DNA of 64,000 bases. It comes from an uncultured virus (IMG/VR IMGVR_UViG_3300035670_000136) (lineage: Duplodnaviria; Heunggongvirae; Uroviricota; Caudoviricetes). The stretch lies in the IMG/VR virus record IMGVR_UViG_3300035670_000136. The stretch is one strand, 5' to 3'. Below, piece by piece: positions 40,897-50,868 of this stretch. Position 1 is the first letter of the stretch. Each line of letters begins with the position of its first letter. The notes below the pieces were generated by a model, which saw only the letters and a list, made by a program, of their open reading frames with translations, made no database searches and was not told the origin of the DNA. Both the position numbers and the translations under genes were made by a program.

Positions 40897-41969
40897 TGAA
40901 AATAGCGATTGTCGGTGATACTCATTTTGGGATGAGAGGGGACTCTATACAGTTTCATCAACTGTATCAGGAGTTTTATGAGAAGGTGTTCTTTCCGTAT
41001 TTGAAGGAGCATAACATTACTCAGGTATTTCAGCTGGGCGATCTGTTTGATCGTCGTAAGTATATCAACTTCACAACGCTACACCTTTCTAAGAAATACT
41101 TTTTCGATCATATCGAAAACAACAACTTAGATTTTCATACAATTCTTGGTAATCACGATATCTCTTATAAGAATACTCTTGAAGTAAACTCCTCAGCATT
41201 GCTGCTCGAAGGTTACGCCAAGATTAAAGTTCATACTGAACCGACAACAGTTGAAGTTGACGGAATTCCTATTGATCTAATTCCTTGGATTTGTAAAGAA
41301 AACGAAGCAGAGATTGCAGAGTATTTTAAGAATACCAAGTCTCAGATTTGTTTCGGTCACTTTGAGATTCAAGGGTTTGAGATGGATCGCGGTAACGTAT
41401 GCCATGAAGGTATTGACCGTGATGTTCTTTCAAATTATGAAATTGTTTTGTCGGGGCATTTCCATCACAAGAGCAGCGACGGGCATATCACTTATGTCGG
41501 CACTCCTGGTGAAATGACTTGGGCTGACTATAACGATCCTCGTGGCTTTCACATTTTCGATACTGAAACTCGCGAGTTAGAGTTTATTGAAAACCCATAC
41601 AGAATGTTCTATAAGATTCTGTACGATGAAACGAAAGAAGATTTGGAAAGTGTAAAGACCAAAGACTATACACAATACACCAATCGTATTGTTAAAGTTG
41701 TAGTCGTGAATAAGACAAATCATCTTTTGTATGATATGTTCTTGGACAATTTGTATCAAGCATTGCCGTTAGACGTAACTGTTGTTGAAGATTTTACAGA
41801 TTATTCTGAGATCTCTGATGAAGACGTTATTGATCAAGCGGACGATACTTCTACAATCTTAGACAAGTATATTGAAAGTCTAGAACTTGAAGTTGATAAA
41901 AATATTTTGAAACAACTCATGAAAGAGATATACTATGAGGCTCAATCGTTAGAAACTGGCAATGCATGA
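40896..41969 (+). CDS. gp47: Recombination endonuclease subunit gp47 (Mre11-like)
   Basis: DTHFG, GDLFD, GNHD, SGHFH. Confidence 0.92.
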   Translation: MKIAIVGDTHFGMRGDSIQFHQLYQEFYEKVFFPYLKEHNITQVFQLGDLFDRRKYINFTTLHLSKKYFFDHIENNNLDFHTILGNHDISYKNTLEVNSSALLLEGYAKIKVHTEPTTVEVDGIPIDLIPWICKENEAEIAEYFKNTKSQICFGHFEIQGFEMDRGNVCHEGIDRDVLSNYEIVLSGHFHHKSSDGHITYVGTPGEMTWADYNDPRGFHIFDTETRELEFIENPYRMFYKILYDETKEDLESVKTKDYTQYTNRIVKVVVVNKTNHLLYDMFLDNLYQALPLDVTVVEDFTDYSEISDEDVIDQADDTSTILDKYIESLELEVDKNILKQLMKEIYYEAQSLETGNA

Positions 41970-43669
41970 CAACATTTAAAGCGATTCGTTATAAAAATTT
42001 TCTTTCTGCTGGTAACATCTTTACCGAAATTTCTTTACAGAAAGAAGAACAGACTCTGATCATTGGCGAGAATGGTGCAGGTAAATCTACCATTCTTGAT
42101 GCCATCACATTTGCGTTGTTTGGTAAACCGTTCCGCAATATCAATAAGCCGCAGATTATCAACTCAGTAAATGGTCGCGATTGTGTTGTTGAAGTTGAAT
42201 TTAAATGTTACTCGAAAGACTATAAGATTATTCGTGGTCTGAAACCAAACATCTTTGAAATTTATTGTGATGGTGAGTTGCTGGATCAGGACGCAAAGTC
42301 TAAAGATTATCAAGACTTCCTCGAGAAGCACATTCTGAAATTTAACTACAAAGCATTCACTCAGATCGTCATTCTGGGTAGTTCATCGTTTGTTCCGTTC
42401 ATGCAGTTATCGGCTGCCGATCGCCGCGCAATTATCGAAGACTTGCTCGATATTCAGATTTTCTCTGCGATGAATCAAATTGTAAAAGAAAGAAACAACA
42501 CATTGAAGGCAAGTGCAGTTAAACTCAAAGCCGATATTGAATCGACCGTTGCGCAAATTGATATGCAAAAGAAATATATCGAAGAAGCGAAAAAGAACAA
42601 TCAAGATCAAATTGAACTGAAAGAACAAGAGTTGAAAGAGAATCAAGATCAATTAGAGAAACTTGAAAAGGACTCTGAACTAATTCAAAAGCATATTGAC
42701 GCACTACTCAAAACGGTGGCTGATGAAAAAAGTGTAAAGGACAAGAATAAAAAACTTTCTCAATTTGAAGCGAAAATCGATAACAACATAACCAAGTTGC
42801 AAAAAGATATCGACTTCTTTAACAATAACGACACATGCCCTACTTGCGATCAACAGATCAATAACAAGGAAGAAAAGATCACTCAGTACAATACAAAGAT
42901 GATCGATCTACAAGACGGCATGACTAAACTCAAGGAACAACAAGATGCCGTTTTACAGAGAATCAATAACATTGAAAGCATCAACAAGAACATTCTTGCG
43001 CATCAGTCAGAGATTACAAGGATTAATGCGTCTCATACACAAATTAAAAAGTATGTTAAGAAACTTGAGAAAGAAATAGAAGATTTAAAGACCAAGAAAG
43101 TCTTGAGCGATGATATGATGAATATCTCTCAAGAGCTGTACGACAACTTAACCAAGTTGCAGGCAGATAAAGGCGAGTTGATTGATCGTAAAAAATATAT
43201 CGACGTTGCTGCATTCTTGTTGAAGGATAGTGGTATCAAAGCGAAGATTGTAAAACAATATCTACCAATCATTAACAAGTTGGTAAACAAATATCTGGCT
43301 TCTATGAACTTCTTCGTTAATTTCGAGATTGATGAAGAATTTAAAGAAAGCATCAAGTCTCGTCATCGCGATGATTTTAGTTATGAAAACTTCTCTGAGG
43401 GTGAGAAGCAGAAGATCGACTTGTCCTTGCTCTTTACTTGGCGCGCAATCGCTAAAATGAAGAACAGCATCAATACGAATATTCTATTGTTGGATGAAGT
43501 GTTCGATTCAAGTTTGGACGCAAACGGTACAGAGTCATTATTGCAGATTCTAAATACGTTACCAGATAATACAAATATCTTTGTTATATCGCACAAAGAT
43601 AGTTTACATGATAAGTTTAAGAATATCTTGAAATTTGAAAAGCGCAAGGGCTTCTCTGTTCTTGCTTGA
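41966..43669 (+). CDS. gp46: Recombination endonuclease subunit gp46 (Rad50-like)
   Basis: GENGAGKS, CPTC zinc hook, FSEGE, LLLDEVFD. Confidence 0.93.
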   Translation: MTTFKAIRYKNFLSAGNIFTEISLQKEEQTLIIGENGAGKSTILDAITFALFGKPFRNINKPQIINSVNGRDCVVEVEFKCYSKDYKIIRGLKPNIFEIYCDGELLDQDAKSKDYQDFLEKHILKFNYKAFTQIVILGSSSFVPFMQLSAADRRAIIEDLLDIQIFSAMNQIVKERNNTLKASAVKLKADIESTVAQIDMQKKYIEEAKKNNQDQIELKEQELKENQDQLEKLEKDSELIQKHIDALLKTVADEKSVKDKNKKLSQFEAKIDNNITKLQKDIDFFNNNDTCPTCDQQINNKEEKITQYNTKMIDLQDGMTKLKEQQDAVLQRINNIESINKNILAHQSEITRINASHTQIKKYVKKLEKEIEDLKTKKVLSDDMMNISQELYDNLTKLQADKGELIDRKKYIDVAAFLLKDSGIKAKIVKQYLPIINKLVNKYLASMNFFVNFEIDEEFKESIKSRHRDDFSYENFSEGEKQKIDLSLLFTWRAIAKMKNSINTNILLLDEVFDSSLDANGTESLLQILNTLPDNTNIFVISHKDSLHDKFKNILKFEKRKGFSVLA

Positions 43670-43679
43670 GGATAAAATT

Positions 43680-44240
43680 ATGTCTGATAAGAAAATTAAA
43701 TTCGTCGACGGTCAAATGTATGAATATGAAATTTACAACTTTGTAGATTCATACTCTGATGTTCTTGCTCAAAAAACTGAAACATTTGATTTCAACAACC
43801 CACCAGTACCACCACGATACTTGGCGGTGTCTTTAATTGAGACTATGGTACAGAATAGAGGTATTGGTTTGGCGGCGAATCAGGTTGGCTTGCCTTATCG
43901 CGTTTTTGTTATGGGTGCACAAAACGTCGCCTTTGCTTGCTTCAATCCTGAGATCTTAGAAACGGAAGGCGAAGAAACAGTACATGAAGGTTGCTTGAGT
44001 TTTCCAGGTTTGTATTTGAAAGTGAAACGACCTTTTAAAATTAAAGTGCGATATACAGAGATGAATGGCAATGAGAAGGAAGTTACATTCGAAGGATTAA
44101 CTGCTCGCATCTTTCAGCATGAGTTAGATCACCTGAATGGTGTAAAATTCACTTCGTTGGTTGGTCCTGTTGCCCTAGATATAGCCAAGCAGAAAGTGAA
44201 AAAGAACCTCAAGAAAATGGGGGATGTCGTAAGTTATTGA
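43680..44240 (+). CDS. def: Peptide deformylase
   Basis: GIGLAANQVG, EGCLS, QHELDH. Confidence 0.92.
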   Translation: MSDKKIKFVDGQMYEYEIYNFVDSYSDVLAQKTETFDFNNPPVPPRYLAVSLIETMVQNRGIGLAANQVGLPYRVFVMGAQNVAFACFNPEILETEGEETVHEGCLSFPGLYLKVKRPFKIKVRYTEMNGNEKEVTFEGLTARIFQHELDHLNGVKFTSLVGPVALDIAKQKVKKNLKKMGDVVSY

Positions 44241-44297
44241 TTCTTAAGGGGTTTTTACCCCTTGCTTTTTCGTGATGTTATAAGGTAAAATAGTCTT
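44230..44297 (+). promoter_or_regulatory. Early promoter 1: IHF-consensus box + TTGCTT-N18-TAAAAT, probably leaderless
   Basis: Reverse complement of 44230-44242 is AATCAATAACTTA (WATCAANNNNTTR); -10 followed by AGTCTT-ATG. Confidence 0.65.
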
Positions 44298-46577
44298 ATG
44301 AATCACGCTAATTTACAAAATTCTAAATCGCTCCTTGCCAAACTCTTGGCATCAGAGAACATCACGGTCTCGCACCAAAACGTTCGAACCGCATACTTCG
44401 ACCTTAAAAATCGCACAATGGTTCTTCCTGTATGGAAGGACATGGACGGCGACTTGTATGATCTACTGACAGGTCATGAGGTGGGTCATGCTCTCAACAC
44501 GCCAGCGCAAGGTTGGCACAATGAAGTCGCCGAAACAGATAAAAAGTTCAAAGACTTCTTGAACGTTATCGAAGATGCGCGCATTGAAAAGTTGATCAAA
44601 CGCAAGTTCCCTGGACTCTCAAAGTCTTTCGCTCGAGCGTACACTTCACTATATGAGCGTGACTTTTTCGGCATTAAAAAACTAAAAGACCTCAGCAAGT
44701 TGACTCTGATCGATCGCATCAACCTGCGATTCAAGATGGGTGCGCATGTCATTGTTGAATTTAATGACTTTGAGCGCGACATTGTCAAAGAAGTCGAGGC
44801 TGCTGAAACTTGGGATCAAGTTGTTGATATTGCTCGTCGTGTGTATGACTATACGAAACAAAATGAGCAAGACAAAGTCCAGAATCAGCAAGAACTCCAA
44901 GAGCAGATGCGCAATGAAAGCCAGCAGGATCAAGATGAATCTGGTGAGTATGATGACGTTGACGATGATTCTGACTATGAAGATGACATCGACGGTAACG
45001 ATGATTCTGACCTAGACGAAGAATCAGACGGTACTGATGCCGAAGATTCTCAGGATCAAACTGAGTCTGACGATCAAGAAGATGCTGAAGAAAATCAGTA
45101 CAGTTCTGGTGGCGGTGATCAAGAAGAACAAGAAGATGAAGATGAGCCACAGTCTGTAACTGATCGCAATTTCCGTCAGCGTGAGCGGGAATTGGTCAAC
45201 GAGACTGGCAAAATCTTTATGTATGAATTGCCTGATGCTGTTCTTGAGAACATCATTCTTCCCAACACGGAAGTTGTGAATGATCTTGAGCGATTCTTCC
45301 GCGAGCAAGTTGCTGATCCGAATCGTCGTTATGGTCATCACGGTATTGCATACGACACTGTTGTTCAAAAGTGTGTTCGCAAGTTCAACACGAACAACAA
45401 GAAAGTCATTATGCATATTCTGAAAGAATTTGAGATGCGCAAGAAAGCCAGCGAGTATGCTCGAACGCAGACTGCTCGCACTGGTGAGTTGAATATGAAT
45501 GTGCTGCACAAGTACAAGTTCAGCAATGATCTGTTCAAGAAAATCAGTGTTGTGCCGAAGGGCAAGAATCATGGTTTTATCATGTTCGTTGACATGTCTG
45601 GTTCGATGGGCGATATTCTCCGCAACACGATTGAGCAGATGCTTGTGCTTGCGTCGTTCTGTAAACTTGCCAAAGTCCCGTTTGAAGTTTATGGTTTCAG
45701 CGACGATTGTTATGACAACAAGAAGTTGCGCGAAATGATGAAGAAAGAGCGTTTCGTTTCTAATCGTACAATTGACATGACGATGACCAGCAATTGGTTC
45801 CATCTGAAGCATCTGATTGGTTCTTCGCTGTCACCTGTTCAATATCGTCGTGCGTTCAATGCGATGTGCGTTGTTGCGAATGAATATGGTCGTTATTATG
45901 AGACTCATGGTTCATATGACAACGATCATGGTAGTTGGAAGTATGATTGGGACACTTCTGGTTTTGGTTTGAATGGTACTCCGTTCATCGAGGCACTTCT
46001 TGCTTCTCGTGGAATCATTACTGCTTTCCAGAATAAGCATCAGTTGGATGTTTGCAATGTTGTCTATCTAACTGACGGTGAAGGTGGCAACAATCTGTCA
46101 TATCCTCCGATGGAAATTGAATCTGGTTTCTATGATGATCGCCGCAGGTCTGTTGTCTATCTGATTGACAAAAAGACCAAGAAGAAAGTCAAGTTGGCCA
46201 ATCAGTATTATATGCAAGCAGCGATCACAGAGTTGGTTGCTGATGTGACTGGTTGCAAACATCTTGGCTTCTTTGTTGGCAACAAGAAAGCCATTCAACG
46301 CGACATGAAGTATCTTATTGCTGACAAGTCGCATGAGCAACAAGATGTTGCCAAGAAATGTTTTCGTGAGCATAATTACCTTATCGTTGAGCGTCTGGGA
46401 TATGACAAATATTTCTATGTTGCTCTTCCGAACACTAACATTGTCGACGACAAACTTGAGATCACCAGCGATATGAACAAGAACAAGATGGCTCGTGAGT
46501 TCTCCAAGAACGTGGGTAGCAAGAAGAGCAATCGTCTTCTGCTCACGAAACTAGCCGAAGAACTGGCGGTGGCGTAA
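44298..46577 (+). CDS. Metallopeptidase-like (HEXXH) + vWA domain protein (CobT-like partner of the AAA ATPase)
   Basis: HEVGH...EDARIE, long acidic linker, MIDAS DMSGS, NGTP, LTDGE. Confidence 0.8.
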   Translation: MNHANLQNSKSLLAKLLASENITVSHQNVRTAYFDLKNRTMVLPVWKDMDGDLYDLLTGHEVGHALNTPAQGWHNEVAETDKKFKDFLNVIEDARIEKLIKRKFPGLSKSFARAYTSLYERDFFGIKKLKDLSKLTLIDRINLRFKMGAHVIVEFNDFERDIVKEVEAAETWDQVVDIARRVYDYTKQNEQDKVQNQQELQEQMRNESQQDQDESGEYDDVDDDSDYEDDIDGNDDSDLDEESDGTDAEDSQDQTESDDQEDAEENQYSSGGGDQEEQEDEDEPQSVTDRNFRQRERELVNETGKIFMYELPDAVLENIILPNTEVVNDLERFFREQVADPNRRYGHHGIAYDTVVQKCVRKFNTNNKKVIMHILKEFEMRKKASEYARTQTARTGELNMNVLHKYKFSNDLFKKISVVPKGKNHGFIMFVDMSGSMGDILRNTIEQMLVLASFCKLAKVPFEVYGFSDDCYDNKKLREMMKKERFVSNRTIDMTMTSNWFHLKHLIGSSLSPVQYRRAFNAMCVVANEYGRYYETHGSYDNDHGSWKYDWDTSGFGLNGTPFIEALLASRGIITAFQNKHQLDVCNVVYLTDGEGGNNLSYPPMEIESGFYDDRRRSVVYLIDKKTKKKVKLANQYYMQAAITELVADVTGCKHLGFFVGNKKAIQRDMKYLIADKSHEQQDVAKKCFREHNYLIVERLGYDKYFYVALPNTNIVDDKLEITSDMNKNKMAREFSKNVGSKKSNRLLLTKLAEELAVA

Positions 46578-46640
46578 GTTGTTGATTCTATTAGGGTTTT
46601 TTCTATTGCGTTTTAGGGAAAAAACAGCGATAATAGTCTT
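46575..46640 (+). promoter_or_regulatory. Early promoter 2: IHF-consensus box + TTGCGT-N17-GATAAT, probably leaderless
   Basis: Reverse complement of 46575-46587 is AATCAACAACTTA; same AGTCTT-ATGAA ending as promoter 1. Confidence 0.65.
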
Positions 46641-46877
46641 ATGAAATGTGAAAACTCTTTTATTCCTGAAACTTATAATCGTCTTGAAATAATCGTCCGT
46701 GATTTTAATTCTGTGTCTAATCGCGCTGAATTGAACTTATCTGATAATGATAAAATCTCGGCTGAAGTTATGTATGAACTGTGTAAATCGTACATGGCTG
46801 AATATGAACGTTTGTATCCTGAACTTGAACCTAGTCGTGATGGTCCTTCTAATCTTACATGGGTGAAAGGTTGGTAA
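46641..46877 (+). CDS. Hypothetical early protein
   Basis: 78-aa ORF directly behind promoter 2. Confidence 0.55.
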   Translation: MKCENSFIPETYNRLEIIVRDFNSVSNRAELNLSDNDKISAEVMYELCKSYMAEYERLYPELEPSRDGPSNLTWVKGW

Positions 46878-46878
46878 T

Positions 46879-47088
46879 ATGAAAATCAACGATACTATAA
46901 AAGTCGAGGCTAGTGAATCTTTGGGCACACCAGCCTGTAATGCGCGCGTGTTGGAATTTGACACGTTCAAACTTGAAAAAGGTGACTTGAACGTTATCTA
47001 TGTTCGGTGTGATGATGGTGATGAAGGCTATGTAACTGCCGCTGCTCCGCACCGTGTTGTTGATGATATGGGTTTTGTTCTTAAATAA
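46879..47088 (+). CDS. Hypothetical protein
   Basis: 69-aa ORF with operon-like spacing. Confidence 0.5.
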   Translation: MKINDTIKVEASESLGTPACNARVLEFDTFKLEKGDLNVIYVRCDDGDEGYVTAAAPHRVVDDMGFVLK

Positions 47089-47094
47089 TTTACA

Positions 47095-48483
47095 GTGAGT
47101 GATTTTGATATGAAAAAGTCTACATATTCGAATTTGTCCGATAAGAGCACTCTTCTTGAAAATATGACTGCTCATTTCGACAAAGATGTAATTTCGGCAA
47201 AGGAACTTCACGCATACGTGAAACTCAAGAAAATTCCTTTTCCATATTTCATCACTAAAGAGCGCAAAGTTGGTCGTGGTCAATTCAGCATCGTTCCGAA
47301 GCATGTTGGTTGTGTCACTCCCGTTGCTAAGAAAAAGGTTCAACCTGAACCTGTTGCCGCTGCCGCGATGGTTGCGCAAGTTGTAAATATTGCTTCTCGT
47401 CGTGCGACAAATGTAACTGAATCATTTGTTCCCGAGCACAACGAAACATATGTTCCGTTTGGCTTCTATAATGACTTGCGCGACATTATCAAGTCTCGCA
47501 TTTTCTATCCCATCTATGTCACTGGTCTTTCTGGTAACGGCAAGACCATGATGATCGAGCAGGTTTGTGCTGCGCTCAAACGTGAGTTGATTCGCGTCAA
47601 CATCACAAAGCGCACCGATGAGTCTGACTTGATCGGTTCTTACGAACTGGTAGATGGAAACACGATTCGTCGCGAGGGTCCTGTAATCACTGCGATGCGT
47701 CGTGGTGCTGTGCTCTTGCTTGATGAGTGCGATCTTGGGACAGAAGATATCCTGTGCTTGCAGCCGATTCTCGAAGGCAAACCATACTTTGACAAGAAGA
47801 CTGGTGAAGTCGTCCATCCTGCCTCTGGCTTCAACGTGATTGCGACTGCGAACACGAAGGGCAAAGGCAGCGACGATGGTCGATTTATCGGTACAAACTT
47901 GCTCAATGAAGCGTTCCTGGAACGTTTCGCGATCACTGTTGAGCAAGAGTATCCGCCAGCCAATACTGAGCGCAAGATTCTTGAGAAGAATTTCGCTGTT
48001 CTGAATATCACTGACACGACGTTCATTGATCGTCTGATCACGTGGGCTGAAGTTATTCGCAAGAGTTTCTCGGATGGTGCGGTTGATGAAGTCATCTCGA
48101 CTCGTCGTCTTGTTCATATCACCAAAGCATTCTCTATCTTCAACAATCGTTTGAAGGCAATTGAGATGTGCTTGAATCGTTTCGATGCTGACACCAAGAC
48201 TGCGTTCTTGGATCTTTACACGAAGGTTGACGTTGAAGCAACTCCTGCTCCTGTTGCTCCTGAAGCCACTGCGACTATTGCGCGTCCATATGAATTGGTC
48301 GTGACCAGAGACCCCAGCACGCTCAGCACCACTTTTTCGTATAGAGGTGAGTCTGTGACATTCTCTGAGTTGGAGATTGAAGAGTTGCGAAATCAAGGAT
48401 TGTCAGAAGAGCAGATCAAACTCCGTGTTCTTGAAACTCTTGACAAGGTTGCTGTTCGCAGAAGCAACGGCGGTGTGTTCTAA
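47095..48483 (+). CDS. MoxR/CobS-like AAA+ ATPase
   Basis: GLSGNGKT, LLLDE, TANTKG, NEAFLERF, ISTRRL. Confidence 0.88.
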   Translation: MSDFDMKKSTYSNLSDKSTLLENMTAHFDKDVISAKELHAYVKLKKIPFPYFITKERKVGRGQFSIVPKHVGCVTPVAKKKVQPEPVAAAAMVAQVVNIASRRATNVTESFVPEHNETYVPFGFYNDLRDIIKSRIFYPIYVTGLSGNGKTMMIEQVCAALKRELIRVNITKRTDESDLIGSYELVDGNTIRREGPVITAMRRGAVLLLDECDLGTEDILCLQPILEGKPYFDKKTGEVVHPASGFNVIATANTKGKGSDDGRFIGTNLLNEAFLERFAITVEQEYPPANTERKILEKNFAVLNITDTTFIDRLITWAEVIRKSFSDGAVDEVISTRRLVHITKAFSIFNNRLKAIEMCLNRFDADTKTAFLDLYTKVDVEATPAPVAPEATATIARPYELVVTRDPSTLSTTFSYRGESVTFSELEIEELRNQGLSEEQIKLRVLETLDKVAVRRSNGGVF

Positions 48484-48495
48484 TAGGAGATTATC

Positions 48496-48957
48496 ATGGG
48501 TCTTGATATGTATTTGAATGCTTCGAAGTATCTTTCTGCTTATAACGAAGCAGATAAAGAAACGAAAGAAGCAATGGTGAAATTGTTTCCTGAGTTGAAA
48601 GATTATATGAGGAATGGTGGATTTCATTTCAAGGAAGTGACTGCTGAGGTTGGATACTGGCGAAAGGCAAACGCAATTCATAACTGGTTTGTGCAGAATA
48701 TTCAAGAAGGCAACGATGATTGCAAACCATATTTCGTCGGTCGAGAAGAGTTGGGTGAACTGCACGAATTGTGCCAACAAGTTTTGGCTGATCGTAGTCT
48801 TGCCCAAGAACTCTTGCCGCCAACTGCTGGGTTTCTCTTTGGTAGCACTGATATTGATGAAGGATATTTCGATGATCTTCGAAGCACGATTGAGATCATT
48901 AATCGTGCTCTTGCTCTTCCAGAAGGTTGGTGGATAGAGTATCAGTCAAGTTGGTAA
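48496..48957 (+). CDS. Conserved hypothetical phage protein
   Basis: MGLDMYL...YWRKANAIHNWF...YQSSW; AGGAG RBS. Confidence 0.65.
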   Translation: MGLDMYLNASKYLSAYNEADKETKEAMVKLFPELKDYMRNGGFHFKEVTAEVGYWRKANAIHNWFVQNIQEGNDDCKPYFVGREELGELHELCQQVLADRSLAQELLPPTAGFLFGSTDIDEGYFDDLRSTIEIINRALALPEGWWIEYQSSW

Positions 48958-49067
48958 GATGTAATAATTTTACTTTGTACACTTGTTAGGTTATAATAAG
49001 TGTATGTTGTAGTGAAAGCCCCGACGCTACGACATTTTGTGAAGGGGTGTTTTGTAAAGGTGATAAT

Positions 49068-49361
49068 ATGTCTGCTATTTATTCTATGTACAACTACCTT
49101 GCTGATGGTAACACTGTGACCACGCGTCAGGCTCGCTCGCTTTTCAAGGTCGAGAATGTCGCTGATCTCGTGTATCGTCTCCGCAACAACGGTGTTGCTG
49201 TTTACACCAACCGTGTAACGAACAGCCGTGGCGAGTCGACCATCGCCTATCGTCTTGGTACTCCGAGCGAACAGTTCGAGAAGTATTTTGATCGCGGTCA
49301 AGTTGGTCGCGCTCGCAAGACTCTTTATCGTAACGCCATCGGCGTTTCGATGGCTGCTTAA
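49068..49361 (+). CDS. Small winged-HTH-like protein
   Basis: T.RQARS.F.V.NV...VYRLR..G..VY.N...YRLG.P; sigma70-like TATAAT at 48992. Confidence 0.6.
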   Translation: MSAIYSMYNYLADGNTVTTRQARSLFKVENVADLVYRLRNNGVAVYTNRVTNSRGESTIAYRLGTPSEQFEKYFDRGQVGRARKTLYRNAIGVSMAA

Positions 49362-49393
49362 TTCTGTAAGCAAGCAATAAAACCGTTCTGGTT

Positions 49394-49426
49394 CTGTCGG
49401 GGGGCGTTCAGCCCCCCACAGTTTTT
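49394..49426 (+). terminator. Rho-independent terminator closing the early block
   Basis: CTGT(C)GGGGGGC-GTTCA-GCCCCCCACAG followed by TTTTT. Confidence 0.85.
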
Positions 49427-49440
49427 ATAAGGATTAAGAT

Positions 49441-49469
49441 TTGCTTTTGCATAAGTAATGGGGTACAAT
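49441..49469 (+). promoter_or_regulatory. Sigma70-type promoter for the modification operon
   Basis: TTGCTT-N17-TACAAT just after the terminator. Confidence 0.65.
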
Positions 49470-49497
49470 ATCGGTACTCTGTTAACAAAAAGAGAAG

Positions 49498-50868
49498 ATG
49501 ACCATGGCTAAAGTTATTGTTGCAAAAACTAAGATTGATTGTTCAGATTTGATGGGTAAATTCGTTGATGAATCCCATTACGATGTTCTAGTTGAAGAAG
49601 ATACAGATTGTTATCTTCCAGCAGATTGTGACATCACAACTCGCGCATCTTGCAAAAAGACAGATTGTTCTGAATGTGAAGAGATGAATCCTAAAGATGA
49701 AAAAAGAATTGGTTTCATCTTCCGTAAGAATTGGTTTACAAAAGAAGAACAAGAGCAAGCATATATTGGTTTGCGTGGTGCTGCAACAGCCACTCAAAAT
49801 CGCGGTATGGCTGCAGGACCAAAAGGCGCAAAACTTGGTGGTCGTGATTGGGCTACTGTTGAACAGATTGATACACTGACTTACCTTTGTGAGTTGAGCG
49901 AGAATAGTATTTCAGACGATCTTGAATCTTCTTTGAATACAATTCGTGGGCTTGCTGAAAAGAAAGAAGATACACGAGGGTTGGTTTGGCTTTCCTCTGA
50001 AGTTGAAAAGCATCAATTCAATTATGAAGAATGGTTGAAAGCAGTTGTAAAGAAATCAACTGCTGAAATTAAGAAAGAAGCCAAGTGGGTTCTTGAGACG
50101 TTCATCTCCGACACAACCTATGCAAACGCAGTTCTTTCTGGCGTAGCAGGTTGGTTTGATCGTTATCCTCGCATTCCATATGGTCGCGCTACTTCTTACA
50201 CTCGCGACAATTTCGATAAATTTCAAATGGCTTTCCCATTCCTACAGTCACTTGATCGCGGCTTTCGTGAATTGCTTCCATGGCGTTGGAGCAATCAAAA
50301 GGCTGCAGCAGATAAAATTGACTCGCGATTCTTGGTTCCAGGAACCGTATTCACCACAGTCACTGTGAATAGTAACTTCAGAACAGCGGCACATTATGAT
50401 GCTGGTGATCTCAATTCAGGTTTGAGTAATCTTCTTGTTGTTTCGAATGGCGGGAGATACAAAGGTGGTTATCTTGTATTGCCAGAATATCGTGTTGCTG
50501 TAAACGTTCGTCCAGGCGATCTGCTTTTGATCAACAATCATGAATGTATGCATGGAAATACTCCAATTGAATTGGAAGATGAAGATGCAGAACGCATCAG
50601 TCTTGTTTGCTACTTCCGCGAAAAGATGCTTGAACTTGGCTCATACGAATATGAAAACACTCGTTATCAATATGTTGAAAGTCGTCGTAAAAACAGAGAA
50701 CATAGACTTTGGAAACCATTATGGAATGGTATTTCGGAAGGTATGTGGGCTGAAGAAGAGTGGTATGACTACCTGAGAGAACACGGTGGTCAGGAGATGC
50801 TTGATAAATATCACTTGAATGAATTGAACAAAAAGAAAGGTTCGAGCCTTGAAGGATTGTTTGCATAA
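49498..50868 (+). CDS. TET/JBP-family 2OG-Fe(II) nucleic-acid dioxygenase
   Basis: FTTVTVN.NFRTAAHYDAGD (HxD), GG.LVLPEY, GDLLL.N.H..MHGNT, RISLVCY.RE.M. Confidence 0.75.
   Translation: MTMAKVIVAKTKIDCSDLMGKFVDESHYDVLVEEDTDCYLPADCDITTRASCKKTDCSECEEMNPKDEKRIGFIFRKNWFTKEEQEQAYIGLRGAATATQNRGMAAGPKGAKLGGRDWATVEQIDTLTYLCELSENSISDDLESSLNTIRGLAEKKEDTRGLVWLSSEVEKHQFNYEEWLKAVVKKSTAEIKKEAKWVLETFISDTTYANAVLSGVAGWFDRYPRIPYGRATSYTRDNFDKFQMAFPFLQSLDRGFRELLPWRWSNQKAAADKIDSRFLVPGTVFTTVTVNSNFRTAAHYDAGDLNSGLSNLLVVSNGGRYKGGYLVLPEYRVAVNVRPGDLLLINNHECMHGNTPIELEDEDAERISLVCYFREKMLELGSYEYENTRYQYVESRRKNREHRLWKPLWNGISEGMWAEEEWYDYLREHGGQEMLDKYHLNELNKKKGSSLEGLFA

Noticed and set aside
47422..48396. 324-aa antisense ORF (and 45024..45812) inside the AAA and vWA genes
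   Set aside because: Fully overlaps well-supported + strand genes and has no recognisable motifs; explained by codon bias
47095..48483. Cobalamin biosynthesis (cobS/cobT) as an auxiliary metabolic pathway
   Set aside because: Only a generic MoxR AAA + vWA pair is present, with no other cob genes
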